Program-made: the position numbers and the translations under genes
Origin: Candidatus Omnitrophota bacterium
GTDB lineage: Bacteria > Omnitrophota > Gorgyraeia > Pluralincolimonadales > Pluralincolimonadaceae
NCBI GenBank assembly: GCA_041651455.1
Contig: JBAZJG010000008.1
Location: 283-64,282 of the forward strand
Direction of reading: 5' to 3'
DNA length: 64,000 nucleotides
Shown: positions 27,015-39,039 of the stretch, piece by piece
Numbering within the stretch: position 1 is the first letter of the stretch
How the letters are laid out: each line of letters begins with the position of its first letter
The notes under the pieces: model-generated
Told to the model about the DNA's origin: nothing
What the model saw: the letters and a program-made list of their open reading frames with translations, nothing else
The model's database searches: none

Positions 27015-27035
27015 CTCTTCCTCCTTAAAAGAAGC

Positions 27036-27067
27036 AAACGCCGTCCGCCGGAAGGCGGACGACGTTT
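27036..27067 (-). terminator. Intrinsic terminator downstream of the OmpA-like gene (13/14-bp stem AAACGCCGTCCGCC-GGAA-GGCGGACGACGTTT, then a U-rich tract on the minus strand)
   Basis: Read directly. A near-perfect GC-rich inverted repeat with a 4-nt loop. The minus strand continues TTTGCTTCTTTT before the DUF4912 SD. Confidence 0.55.
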
Positions 27068-27093
27068 CTCATGCTATACCTGAAAAGAACGGA

Positions 27094-27768
27094 TTATTTG
27101 ATATATTCCGAATCCTTTTCGTGCTCTTTAAGAAATTCCGTCTCCGCCTTCGACATCTTAGGAAGTATTATTATCTCGACTCTTCTGTTCTTCTGCCTGC
27201 CTTCCTTCGTGTCGTTCGAAGCTACCGGACGGTATTCGCCGTAACCTGTCGCCTGCAGCCTGTTAGGCGTGGTGCCCTTCTCTTCCAGGTAATGCAGGAC
27301 CGACGTCGCCCTTGCAGTCGAGAGTTCCCAGTTCGACTTCCAGCCCGATTTCTTTATCGGCTCGTTGTCGGTGTGGCCCTCGATGGCTATGTTCCTGTCG
27401 GCTACCTGGCTGTTTATCACGTTCGCGACCTTATCGAGCACGCCGTCCGCAGACGAGCGTATCTTCGCGAGGCCCGAATCGAAGAGCACTTCGGCAACGA
27501 ACGTGACCACGAGGCCGCGCTCGTCCATGCCTACCGATACGCCCTTCTCGCCTTTCAATCTCTTCTCGAGTTCCGCCTTGGCCGCCTGGAGTTCGCTGTT
27601 CTCCTGCTCCCTGAGCAGCTGCAGGCGCTCTATCTCAGCCTTAAGGTCCTCTATCTTCTTTATATCGTTAGGGCTCCTCTTGTAGAAGCCGACTGCGCAT
27701 CCCGATAATACGAAAGCTGTCATCACGATCAATGCCGTTAAACCTGATCTGGATATCCTGAACATCAA
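27094..27768 (-). CDS. OmpA-family peptidoglycan-associated lipoprotein
   Basis: 224 aa. Lipobox LSGC, a coiled linker, and a C-terminal OmpA_C domain (NWELSTARATSV...GYGEYRP...NRRVEI). Confidence 0.8.
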   Translation of the reverse strand: MMFRISRSGLTALIVMTAFVLSGCAVGFYKRSPNDIKKIEDLKAEIERLQLLREQENSELQAAKAELEKRLKGEKGVSVGMDERGLVVTFVAEVLFDSGLAKIRSSADGVLDKVANVINSQVADRNIAIEGHTDNEPIKKSGWKSNWELSTARATSVLHYLEEKGTTPNRLQATGYGEYRPVASNDTKEGRQKNRRVEIIILPKMSKAETEFLKEHEKDSEYIK

Positions 27769-28223
27769 TTGCCTCCTTTCTCGGTAGTGTTAAGCGAAAG
27801 GTATGTGCTGAGTTTCGACCACGTCTTCGGCCCGACCTTGCCGTCGGCCTTCAGCCCGTTCGCAGTCTGGAAATCCTTTATTGCCTTCTTGGACTTCTGC
27901 CCGAGTTTCCCGTCTATTGTCCCCGGGTCGTAACCGGCGTTCTTGAGCGCGGTCTGTATCTGCCTGTTCTTTGTCCCTTCGTCCGGCGCGAGCTGTACCG
28001 CTATCTCCTGGGGCTTCTTCTCCTTCATCTCTTCCGTAATAGGCGGGTTCGGCTCAAGCTGCTCGGGCTTGATCAGCTCGACTTCCGGCTGTGTGGTCCC
28101 GAGGGAAGCGGGCTGCGTTTCGGATGCGGGCTTGGCCACCTTCCTGCCCATGGCCATTACTACGCTGGACAATAAAAATATCGTTATTAACGCAACAATT
28201 ATCACTACCGACCTTCTCGACAT
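27765..28223 (-). CDS. Membrane-anchored peptidoglycan-binding (PG_binding_1) domain protein
   Basis: 152 aa. N-terminal TM segment, and a C-terminal IQTALKNAGYDPGTIDGKLGQKSKKAIKDFQTANGLKADGKVGPKTW putative PG-binding repeat. ATGA overlap with the OmpA-like gene. Confidence 0.7.
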   Translation of the reverse strand: MSRRSVVIIVALITIFLLSSVVMAMGRKVAKPASETQPASLGTTQPEVELIKPEQLEPNPPITEEMKEKKPQEIAVQLAPDEGTKNRQIQTALKNAGYDPGTIDGKLGQKSKKAIKDFQTANGLKADGKVGPKTWSKLSTYLSLNTTEKGGN

Positions 28224-28235
28224 CTCCGCTCTCCT

Positions 28236-28907
28236 TTATTTTTTAGACGGGACGAACTGTAAAAGGTCCCAGTTCACTTTCCCGCCGTAGGCTACGAACG
28301 ATATCCCTGTTATCCTGGCGCCGCTTAATCCGAGGTCGTCGGGGTCTATGTCCCACTTCGACCATTTGCCCTGCTCGGGAAGCGTGCCGTCATATATGAC
28401 GGCTTCGTCATCATTGAAGACGAATACCTCTTCTTCCCCTTCCCTGTAAACGCCTATATCGCCTTCCCTGCCTTCCGACTCGAAACTTATCTTTAACTGT
28501 ATCCCCTCCGGAGGTTCCGCCGTATCGGGATACACGTATAACTCTATATTGTGGTTCTCCGGCACGTCTACGGGAGCCATCCTGAATGAATGTTCCGCCA
28601 TGCCTTCAGCCGCGGGTTCCGTATGCGATTTTGACCCGCTGTATTTCAGAGAATCATCCCAGTCCCATTTCCCCTGCGTGATCGCATTCTCCGGAAGCGC
28701 ATCGTCAAGCAGCACTATCGCGCTCGGCCCGGCGGGCTCGGCTGTCTCGACGGGTTCAACGGGCTCGACGGCAACAGTCGTTTCTTCGGGATTTGCCGTG
28801 TGCGAGATCGAAACCAGAATGAGGGCTAATACCGCGAAAAAGAAAGGCCGCCTCAATGGCGCAACTCCTTTGGTTTTTATCTTATCAAATAAGCCCGTAT
28901 ATGTCAA
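28236..28907 (-). CDS. Secreted acidic hypothetical protein
   Basis: 223 aa. Hydrophobic N-terminal region (FFFAVLALILVSISHTA), then a PE-rich linker and a D/E-rich beta-rich domain. No recognised family. Confidence 0.5.
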   Translation of the reverse strand: MTYTGLFDKIKTKGVAPLRRPFFFAVLALILVSISHTANPEETTVAVEPVEPVETAEPAGPSAIVLLDDALPENAITQGKWDWDDSLKYSGSKSHTEPAAEGMAEHSFRMAPVDVPENHNIELYVYPDTAEPPEGIQLKISFESEGREGDIGVYREGEEEVFVFNDDEAVIYDGTLPEQGKWSKWDIDPDDLGLSGARITGISFVAYGGKVNWDLLQFVPSKK

Positions 28908-29528
28908 TCAAGAGTATTTTAACGCAATACCCTCTATAGTGACCGCGATATCTTCGCATTTATCGGTGGCTGTCTCGAGGTAATCATAGATGTCCCTCCA
29001 CTTGATGACTTCCAGGGGGTCCGTCTTCCTGTCAAAAAGGCCCGCGACCGCCTCCCTGAGTATCCTGTCGCCCTCGTTCTCGAGGCGGTTGATCTCTATG
29101 CAGTGGCCGATAATCTGTGCGTGCTTTATCTCCTTTATCTTCGGCATTACATAATTGATCTCTTCGGCCTGTTTCAATATGACCTCGGCTATCTCCTTCA
29201 TCTCCGGAGTGGGCTTGGTCACTTTATACAGGACCATGCGCTCCGTGGCGGCCTCGATGAAGTCCATGACGTCATCGAGGGCCGCTGTAAGCTCATGTAT
29301 GTCTTCCCTGTCCAAAGGCGTCACGAACGTCTTGTTCAACTTCTCCATGATATCATGCGTGATCTGGTCGCTGTCATGCTCAAGCCTCTCGAGCTTGGCC
29401 GCGTTCTCCGCGAGCGTATCGAAGTTGTTCGCTATCTCTACCAGCACCTTCGCGCCCCTGAGGAGGTTCTCCGCGCTCTTGACGAACATCTCGAAGAACT
29501 TCACCTCTTGGGGGATCAGTTTGAACAT
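28908..29528 (-). CDS. DUF47-family (PhoU-like / TIGR00153) protein
   Basis: 206-aa helical protein. The conserved DUF47 N-terminus (FFEMF...A..L......L....E.E.D.I.H.I...L...F.TP.DREDI..L...LDD) usually accompanies Pit phosphate transporters. Here it sits next to the H+-PPase gene. Confidence 0.75.
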   Translation of the reverse strand: MFKLIPQEVKFFEMFVKSAENLLRGAKVLVEIANNFDTLAENAAKLERLEHDSDQITHDIMEKLNKTFVTPLDREDIHELTAALDDVMDFIEAATERMVLYKVTKPTPEMKEIAEVILKQAEEINYVMPKIKEIKHAQIIGHCIEINRLENEGDRILREAVAGLFDRKTDPLEVIKWRDIYDYLETATDKCEDIAVTIEGIALKYS

Positions 29529-29544
29529 TAGTTCCTCCGCTGTT

Positions 29545-31902
29545 CTATTTGACTGCCTCGTCGCCGAGCATCATCTCTTTCGTCTCGCGGCGGGACCTGA
29601 ACACTACCCAAAGTATTACCGCCATTCCGGCTATGCCAACGAATATCACGCCGGGATTCATCGTCTCGTTCTTTATCATTATGCCGACTATAAGGAGCGC
29701 GACCATGTTCATGACCTTGATCAGCGGGTTAAGCGCCGGGCCAGCGGTATCCTTAAGCGGATCGCCGACGGTGTCTCCGGTGACCGAGGCCTTGTGGGCT
29801 TCGGAACCCTTCCCGCCGTAAAGCCCGTCCTCTATCGTCTTCTTCGCGTTATCCCACGCGCCGCCCGCGTTCGACATGAACACGGCGAGCAGCTGTCCGG
29901 ACAGGATCATGCCGGCCAGGAAGCCGCCGAGCGCTTCCTTATGGAGCAGGAGCCCGACGAGGATAGGCGTCAATATCGCGAGAAGGCCCGGGCCGACGAG
30001 CTCGCTCTGGGCAGCCGCGGTGCAGATGCTTACGACGCGCCCGTAATCCGGCGTCTTTTTGCCTTCCCATATCTCCTTATCCTTGAACTGGTTCCTTACC
30101 TCCCTGACGATCAGGAACGCGGCGCGGCCGACGGCCCTTATCGTCATCGAGCTGAAGAGGAACGGTATCGCGCCGCCTATCAGCAGGCCGATGAACACGT
30201 TCGGTTCCGATATCGAGAGCGAGGCCGCTATCTGCTCGTATGTCTTTCCCGTGGCCTTCGCGATATCGGTGATGTATGCGTTGAACAGCGATACGGCGGC
30301 GACAACGGCCGAACCGATCGCGATACCCTTCGTGATCGCCTTCGTCGTGTTACCGACGGCGTCGAGGTCGGCCAGCGTCTGGCGCGCGCCCTTGTCGAGG
30401 TGCGCCATTTCGCCTATGCCGTTCGCGTTATCCGCGACGGGGCCGAAGACATCCATCGATATGTTGTTTCCCGTCAGCGTGAGCATGCCGATGCCGCACA
30501 TGGCCACACCGTAGGCGATGAAAGTCGGGTTCGTGCCCGCGTAGATCATTACCGAGGCGCCTATAGCCGCCGCGATTATGAGGATAGCCCATACGGTCGA
30601 CTCGTATCCGACCGCGAGGCCCGTGATTATCGTCGTCGCGTGGCCGGTCTGAGTGGCCCTCGCTATCGACTTTACCGGCGCCGCTTCGGGCTTCGTGAAG
30701 TATTCCGTGACACGGTTGATCGTTATCGCGAGTACGATGCCGACCATCGTCGTCCATACCGGCCTCATATCGAGGCCCGCAACTCCGAAGCTTATCCAGT
30801 TCGGGAGCTGCTCCGAGCCGGGGAACCTCAGGTAATAAAACCCTATTACGCAAAAACCGATTATCGATACCGCGGCCGAAGACCAGAAACCGACGTTGAT
30901 CGCGTGCATCGCGTTGCGCACCTTGTCGCTCGTGCGGACGAGGTACGTGCCGAATATCGAGCTCAATACGCCTATTGCGCGCACGAGCAGGGGAAATATG
31001 ACGCCCTTGTGCCCGAACGACGCCCATCCGAGAATCATCGCCGAGACGATAGTGACCTCGTACGATTCGAAGATATCCGCGGCCATACCGGCGCAGTCGC
31101 CTACATTATCGCCGACGTTGTCGGCTATCGTGGCGGCGTTCCTGGGATCGTCCTCGGGTATGTTCTTCTCTATCTTGCCTACGAGGTCCGCGCCTACGTC
31201 AGCGGCCTTCGTGTAGATGCCGCCGCCGACCCTCATGAAGAGCGCGAGCAGCGTGCCGCCGAAACCGAAACCCAGCAGGACTTCATATGCCTGCTCGCCG
31301 TATATCATGAATATGACCGTGCCGCCGAGCAATCCCAGGCCGTCCGTAAGCATGCCCGTGATCGTGCCGGTGCGGTAAGCTATCTTCAATGCCTGGCCGA
31401 AGCTCGTCCTCGATGCCGCGGCTACGCGCACGTTGCCTTGCACGGCCAGGTTCATCCCGACGAAACCTACCATCGCCGAGAAGAACGCGCCCATGAGGAA
31501 CGCGCATGCCCTTCCTACCTGTATATGGGCGGTTCCCGCGGTGAAATAGAGGCCCGCGGTCAGCACGAACATAAGCAGTACGATCGCCTTGAACTGGCGG
31601 TTCAGGTACGCGTTGGAGCCGAGGCGGATGGCCTTCGATATCTCCTGCATCTTCGGCGTGCCTTTGTCATAGCTCAATACCTGCGCCATAAGGAATCCGG
31701 CGTATAAGAGGCCGAGTATAGCCACCCCTAAAACCGACCAGAGCGCCACTTTTTCCATCATAGTGAATACCGGGTCGTTCATGAAAGCGAACGGCTTGAA
31801 ACCTTCATGGACAGCGACAGCTGCGTCCTGCTGGGCCGCCGCAAGCCCGGAGAACATCGAGAACACGACAACAAAGAAGAGGACCTTGGAAAAACTTTTC
31901 AT
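29545..31902 (-). CDS. hppA: Membrane-bound proton/sodium-translocating pyrophosphatase
   Basis: 785 aa. GDNVGDCAGMAADIFESY and DNAKKTIEDG...GDTVGDPLKDTAGPALNPLIKVMN signatures. There is a roughly 40-aa N-terminal extension resembling a signal peptide (MKSFSKVLFFVVVFSMFSGLAAAQQ). The ATG at 31902 is supported by the SD GGAGGT. Confidence 0.95.
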   Translation of the reverse strand: MKSFSKVLFFVVVFSMFSGLAAAQQDAAVAVHEGFKPFAFMNDPVFTMMEKVALWSVLGVAILGLLYAGFLMAQVLSYDKGTPKMQEISKAIRLGSNAYLNRQFKAIVLLMFVLTAGLYFTAGTAHIQVGRACAFLMGAFFSAMVGFVGMNLAVQGNVRVAAASRTSFGQALKIAYRTGTITGMLTDGLGLLGGTVIFMIYGEQAYEVLLGFGFGGTLLALFMRVGGGIYTKAADVGADLVGKIEKNIPEDDPRNAATIADNVGDNVGDCAGMAADIFESYEVTIVSAMILGWASFGHKGVIFPLLVRAIGVLSSIFGTYLVRTSDKVRNAMHAINVGFWSSAAVSIIGFCVIGFYYLRFPGSEQLPNWISFGVAGLDMRPVWTTMVGIVLAITINRVTEYFTKPEAAPVKSIARATQTGHATTIITGLAVGYESTVWAILIIAAAIGASVMIYAGTNPTFIAYGVAMCGIGMLTLTGNNISMDVFGPVADNANGIGEMAHLDKGARQTLADLDAVGNTTKAITKGIAIGSAVVAAVSLFNAYITDIAKATGKTYEQIAASLSISEPNVFIGLLIGGAIPFLFSSMTIRAVGRAAFLIVREVRNQFKDKEIWEGKKTPDYGRVVSICTAAAQSELVGPGLLAILTPILVGLLLHKEALGGFLAGMILSGQLLAVFMSNAGGAWDNAKKTIEDGLYGGKGSEAHKASVTGDTVGDPLKDTAGPALNPLIKVMNMVALLIVGIMIKNETMNPGVIFVGIAGMAVILWVVFRSRRETKEMMLGDEAVK

Positions 31903-31904
31903 CT

Positions 31905-33179
31905 CTACTTCTTACCTCCCATCTTGAACACCTGTTCACGCCTGCTACCAACCGAAACCAGCTCTATCTTTACGCCGATAAGTCTCTCGAGTTCCCTGAG
32001 GTACTTCTTGGCGTTAGTTGGTAATTTCGAGAAGCTTGCCACGTGCGAGGTATCCTCTCCCCACCCGGGAAGCTCTTCATAGACCGGCTCGACATCCCAC
32101 AATATCTCGATGTTGGCCGGAAAATCCTTGTATGTCTTGCCTTTATGCTTATACGCGACCGCTATCTTGATCGTCTCGAGCTCGTCAAGCACGTCAAGCT
32201 TTGTCACCACTATAGCGTCGAGGCTGTTGACGAGCGCCGAGTGCCTGACTATGAGGCTGTCGAACCATCCGCAGCGCCGCGGGCGCCCCGTAGTCGCGCC
32301 GAACTCCTTGCCCTTCTGCCTGATTATCTCCATGAGGTCCGGCCCGAATTCGGTCGGGAACGGCCCTTCGCCCACGCGCGTCGTATACGCCTTCACGACG
32401 CCCGTGACCTTGTCTATCTTCGACGGCCCGAGGCCCGTGCCGGTGCACGCGCCGCCTGCGGTAGCATTCGAGCTCGTGACATACGGGTATGTGCCGTGGT
32501 CCACGTCGAGCAGGGTCCCCTGCGCGCCTTCGAGCAGGAGCCTCTTCTTCTTCCTGACAGCTTCGTTCAGGATTATCGTCGTGTTGCACGCGTACTGCGC
32601 TATCTTTTTCCTGTATTCCGCGAACTGCGCGTATATGTCGTCGAACGAGAAACCCTCGTGGTTGTACAATTTCCTCAGCGTCTCGTTCTTCGCCGTGATG
32701 TTCTCCTTCAGCTTCTTCCTGAAGACCTCGTCATCGAGCAGGTCCGCTAGCCTTATGCCGGCCCTTCCGACCTTGTCTACGTAGCAAGGCCCGATGCCGC
32801 GGCCGGTCGTGCCGATCTTCTTGCGGCGCTCGCTGAGGCGGTCGATCTCCTTATGGTACGGGAATATCAGGTGGACCTGGTCGCTGACCTTCAGGTTATC
32901 GCCGACCTGTATGCCTTTCGAGCGCAAGCTGTCTATCTCGCTTATGAGGGCCTCGGGGTCCACGACCACGCCGTTGCCTATCACGCATATCTTTCCCTTG
33001 TGCAGGATGCCCGAAGGTATGAGGTGCAGGATGAACTCGCCCTCGCCGATCACGACCGTGTGCCCGGCGTTGTTGCCGCCCTGGTAGCGCACGATGTAAT
33101 CCGCGTCGCGCGAGAATATGTCTATTATCTTGCCCTTGCCCTCGTCACCCCACTGGGCTCCAACTACGACTGTATTCAT
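31905..33179 (-). CDS. purA: Adenylosuccinate synthetase
   Basis: 424 aa. QWGDEGKGKIID P-loop, GGNNAGHTV and GTTGRGIGP motifs. Confidence 0.95.
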   Translation of the reverse strand: MNTVVVGAQWGDEGKGKIIDIFSRDADYIVRYQGGNNAGHTVVIGEGEFILHLIPSGILHKGKICVIGNGVVVDPEALISEIDSLRSKGIQVGDNLKVSDQVHLIFPYHKEIDRLSERRKKIGTTGRGIGPCYVDKVGRAGIRLADLLDDEVFRKKLKENITAKNETLRKLYNHEGFSFDDIYAQFAEYRKKIAQYACNTTIILNEAVRKKKRLLLEGAQGTLLDVDHGTYPYVTSSNATAGGACTGTGLGPSKIDKVTGVVKAYTTRVGEGPFPTEFGPDLMEIIRQKGKEFGATTGRPRRCGWFDSLIVRHSALVNSLDAIVVTKLDVLDELETIKIAVAYKHKGKTYKDFPANIEILWDVEPVYEELPGWGEDTSHVASFSKLPTNAKKYLRELERLIGVKIELVSVGSRREQVFKMGGKK

Positions 33180-33180
33180 A

Positions 33181-34764
33181 TTATAGCCTGATGAGTTTAG
33201 CTTCGATTACGTGTTCGGCTGAGCGGATCTCCTTCATGACGGCGTCCGGCACCTCTTCGTCGAGGTTCAGCACCGTCATCGCGTGGCCGCCCGCCTTCTT
33301 CCTTCCCAATGTCATGCCGGCAATGTTTATCTTATGCTTGCCGAGTATCGTGCCGATGTGGCCGATTATGCCCGGCTTGTCCTCGTTGATAAGGACTAGC
33401 AGGTAACCGACCGTCGACGCCTCGACGTAGAAATCGTTTATCTTGACGATGCGCGGGTTCTTGCGCGGCGATAGCGTCCCTGCCACGACGACCTTCGCCT
33501 TGTCGGTGTTCGCCTCTATCGTAATGAGGTTCGCGAACTCCTCTATCTGCGACGTCTTCGTCTCGACTATCTTTATGCCGCGCTCTTTCGCTATGAACGA
33601 CGCGTTCACGTAATTTACCGTCTCCTGCAGGATAGGCGTGAGCACTCCCTTCAGGAACGCTATGGTCACCGACGCCATGTCATGCTGGACGATATCGCCG
33701 GAATATTCTATCTTTACCTCCTGCATCCTGCCTTCCGAAAGCTGGCCGATCACGAGGCCCATCTTCTCGGCGAGCGTCACGTAAGGGCGTATCGCCTTGT
33801 AGACCTCCGGGTCCACGCACGGGACGTTGACGGCGTTGCGGCAACCGCGCCCGAGGAGCGCGTCCGCAACCTGCTTAGCTACCTCTATCGCGACGTTGAC
33901 CTGCGCCTCTTCGGTCGAGGCGCCGAGGTGCGGCGTGGCTATGAGTTTTTCGTTCTTGAACATCGAGAAATCCTTCGGCGGCTCATCTTCATAGACGTCC
34001 AACGCTGCGGCAGCGACCTTGCCCGACTCGAGCGCCTTGATGAGCGCCTTCTCGTCTATTATGCCGCCGCGCGCGCAGTTGATCAGGCGCACGCCTTTCT
34101 TCATCTGCCCGAATTCCGCCTCGCCGATAAGATGCTTCGTCTCGTTCGTGATCGGTGTATGGACGGTTATGTAATCGGATTCCCTTATTATATCCTTCAC
34201 TTCCACGAGCTCGACCCCGAGGTCGTTCGCCCTCTCGACGGTAAGGTACGGGTCGTACGCGATGACCCTCATGCCGAACGCCATGCCGCGTTTAGCGACT
34301 TCGGTGCCGATGCGGCCGAGGCCGATGATGCCGAGCGTCTTGCCGTAGAGCTCTACGCCCATATATTTGTTCCTGTCCCATTTGCCTTCCCTCAGCGACG
34401 CGTTCGCGTTCGGGACGTTGCGGGACATCGAGAGCATCAGCGACCATGTGTGCTCGCAGGTCGAGATCGTGTTTCCGGCGGGGGTGTTCATGACTATGAT
34501 GCCGCGTTTCGAGGCGGCTTCGGCGTCGACGTTATCGAGGCCCACGCCCGCGCGGCCGATCACCTTCAGTTTCGTCGCGGCTTCTATTATATCCTTATTG
34601 ACCTTCGTGCTGCTGCGGACCACGAGCGCGTCGTAATCCTTGATTATAGCTTTCAGTTCCTCGGGAGGCAGCTTAAGCTTGACGTCCACCTGCAGTTCCT
34701 TCTCGTCTTTTAATACCTTAAGCCCTTCTTCAGACAGCGAATCGCTGACGAGCACCTTGTACAT
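33181..34764 (-). CDS. serA: D-3-phosphoglycerate dehydrogenase (long form with ASB/ACT domains)
   Basis: 527 aa. GRAGVGLDNVD, the GxGxxG NAD motif (GIIGLGRIGTEVA), a catalytic His, and a C-terminal ACT domain. Confidence 0.95.
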   Translation of the reverse strand: MYKVLVSDSLSEEGLKVLKDEKELQVDVKLKLPPEELKAIIKDYDALVVRSSTKVNKDIIEAATKLKVIGRAGVGLDNVDAEAASKRGIIVMNTPAGNTISTCEHTWSLMLSMSRNVPNANASLREGKWDRNKYMGVELYGKTLGIIGLGRIGTEVAKRGMAFGMRVIAYDPYLTVERANDLGVELVEVKDIIRESDYITVHTPITNETKHLIGEAEFGQMKKGVRLINCARGGIIDEKALIKALESGKVAAAALDVYEDEPPKDFSMFKNEKLIATPHLGASTEEAQVNVAIEVAKQVADALLGRGCRNAVNVPCVDPEVYKAIRPYVTLAEKMGLVIGQLSEGRMQEVKIEYSGDIVQHDMASVTIAFLKGVLTPILQETVNYVNASFIAKERGIKIVETKTSQIEEFANLITIEANTDKAKVVVAGTLSPRKNPRIVKINDFYVEASTVGYLLVLINEDKPGIIGHIGTILGKHKINIAGMTLGRKKAGGHAMTVLNLDEEVPDAVMKEIRSAEHVIEAKLIRL

Positions 34765-34777
34765 TTCGTCTCTCCTG

Positions 34778-35413
34778 TTAGATGATTATAAGAACGCCGC
34801 AGACAACTATCGCAAGCCCGGCGAGGGCATGCGTATAACGCTCAAGCTTCCCCAGCGGAAGCAGGTTGAACCCAAACATCGATACCATCACGATCCCGAG
34901 CATCGTCGCTATCGTCACCGCGCCGAATATCATCGTGACATAAGCCGCGTCCATTAAACTGTTCCTCGCGGCCGGATACATCAAAAGCGGTATCAGCACC
35001 TCGCACGGGCCGAATACGAATATCGTGAAAAGCACCCACGGCGTTATATTGGCGCTGCCCTCATGCCCGTGGCTATGGCCGTGACGGTCCCTGAATGCTT
35101 TCCTGACGCCCCAGACGAAATATACGAGCCCGAAAGCTATGAACAGCCAGGCGGCGATATTGTCGCGTATCGAATCGAACGCCTCTATCCTGCTTAGCGC
35201 GAACCCGAAACCTAGGCCTATTATCCCCAACAGCACGGCGCTGAGGATATGGCCGACGCCGCATAAAAATGTCACGAACGCCGTTTTAGCCAAAGACCAG
35301 TTGCGCGCTTTCGCTATCATTATGAACGGCACATAATGGTCCGGCCCCGCAAGCGTATGGATGAAACCTAACGATGCCGCCGTGGCGGCTAATGCCAGTG
35401 TTTCGTTCGACAT
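34778..35413 (-). CDS. RcnA/NicO-like nickel/cobalt efflux membrane protein (short form)
   Basis: 211 aa with six predicted TM helices. HTLAGPDH motif (compare RcnA HGLEPGHSK), a His-rich cytoplasmic loop (RDRHGHSHGHEG), and FVFGPCEVLIPLL (compare RcnA GGLIPCPAAITVLL). Confidence 0.55.
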   Translation of the reverse strand: MSNETLALAATAASLGFIHTLAGPDHYVPFIMIAKARNWSLAKTAFVTFLCGVGHILSAVLLGIIGLGFGFALSRIEAFDSIRDNIAAWLFIAFGLVYFVWGVRKAFRDRHGHSHGHEGSANITPWVLFTIFVFGPCEVLIPLLMYPAARNSLMDAAYVTMIFGAVTIATMLGIVMVSMFGFNLLPLGKLERYTHALAGLAIVVCGVLIII

Positions 35414-35443
35414 ACGGGTGTGTCCCCTGAGTGTATGGCCCCT

Positions 35444-36610
35444 TTACGCGGACTCTACGGGATTCCTGTCGCGGCCTTCGAGCAGGACTTCCTCGGCGGC
35501 TTCTACGCCAACTCCAGGTTCGCCCCTGAATCCCATCTCGGCGAGCGCCATGCCGAGCACGGCGATCGTCATCAGTATATCCGTATCGTTGATATATCCC
35601 ATATGAGCGATGCGGATGACCTTGCCCTTGAGTTCGGCCTGGCCGCCGGCGATCCCGACGCCGTATTTATCCCTCATATGCTTCACGAGCTTCTCTCCGT
35701 CGATGCCTTCGGGGACGCAGACGGCCGTGACGCCGTTCGACGGCGCGGTCGGCGCGAATAACTTCAGTCCCATCGCCTCCATCGCTTCTCGGGTGGCGAG
35801 CGCGAGTATCCTGTGGCGGTTGAATATGACGTCGAGGCCTTCCTTCTTCATCATGCGCAGCGTCTCGCGCAGCGCGATGACCAGCGATATCGCCGGGGTA
35901 AAAGGCGTATCGGTCGCGTCTATCGCCTTCTTCGCCTTCTTGAGGCTGAAATAATATCTTGAGTTCTTCGACTTCTCGACCTTCTCCCATGCCTTATTGC
36001 TCAGGGATATGAAAGCAAGCCCGGGAGGTATCATGAGCCCCTTCTGTGAGCCCGATACGACGACGTCAATTCCCCACTCGTCGGTCTTTATCTCTTCGGC
36101 GCCGAGGCCTGATATCGCGTCGACGGCCAGCACCGCGCCGTAGTTCTTCGTGACCTGCGCTATAGATTTGATGTCGGTGAGGACTCCGGTAGAGGTCTCG
36201 CAAAGGGTCGTGAACACGGCCTGTATCGAAGAGTCCTTCTTCAGCTCGGCCTCGATGACCTTGGGATCGACCGCCTTGCCCCATTCGACGTTTATGACTA
36301 TCGCGTTTACGCCGTAGGCCTTGCATAACTCGGTCCATCTCTCGCCGAACTTTCCGCCCTGCACGCATATCGCCTTATCGCCCGCCGACAGCAGGTTGCA
36401 GACGGCCGCTTCCATGGCGCCCGTCCCGGACGACGTGAGCGTTATGACGCTGTTCTGGGTCTGGAATACGAATTTTAAGAGTTCGCATACTTCCTTGAAT
36501 ATCTCCATGAACTCCGGTGTCCTGTGGTGGATTATCGGCTCCGCCATCGCAAGCAATGCCTGCGGCGGCACGGGTGTGGGCCCCGGCGTCATAAGGTAAT
36601 TCTTTTTCAT
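35444..36610 (-). CDS. Class V pyridoxal-phosphate aminotransferase (serine-glyoxylate / phosphoserine aminotransferase-like; probable serC-equivalent given the serA neighbour)
   Basis: 388 aa. The N-terminus LMTPGPTPVP and the PLP-lysine motif SGSQKGL match class V aminotransferases (AGXT family). Confidence 0.8.
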   Translation of the reverse strand: MKKNYLMTPGPTPVPPQALLAMAEPIIHHRTPEFMEIFKEVCELLKFVFQTQNSVITLTSSGTGAMEAAVCNLLSAGDKAICVQGGKFGERWTELCKAYGVNAIVINVEWGKAVDPKVIEAELKKDSSIQAVFTTLCETSTGVLTDIKSIAQVTKNYGAVLAVDAISGLGAEEIKTDEWGIDVVVSGSQKGLMIPPGLAFISLSNKAWEKVEKSKNSRYYFSLKKAKKAIDATDTPFTPAISLVIALRETLRMMKKEGLDVIFNRHRILALATREAMEAMGLKLFAPTAPSNGVTAVCVPEGIDGEKLVKHMRDKYGVGIAGGQAELKGKVIRIAHMGYINDTDILMTIAVLGMALAEMGFRGEPGVGVEAAEEVLLEGRDRNPVESA

Positions 36611-36625
36611 GCTGGCTTCCTCCTG

Positions 36626-39028
<2,403 letters not shown>

Positions 39029-39039
39029 GTATCCTTCGG

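Noticed and set aside
29155-31707. 850-aa plus-strand ORF
   Set aside because: It is antisense to the unambiguous H+-PPase gene and is Arg/Tyr/Asp-rich. It is a shadow ORF.
31782-31902. Possibility that the H+-PPase starts at the internal Met (31782), so the N-terminal 40 aa would be a spurious extension
   Set aside because: The upstream ATG at 31902 has a strong SD (GGAGGT, about 10 nt upstream). The internal ATG has none, so the longer form is kept (flagged in findings).
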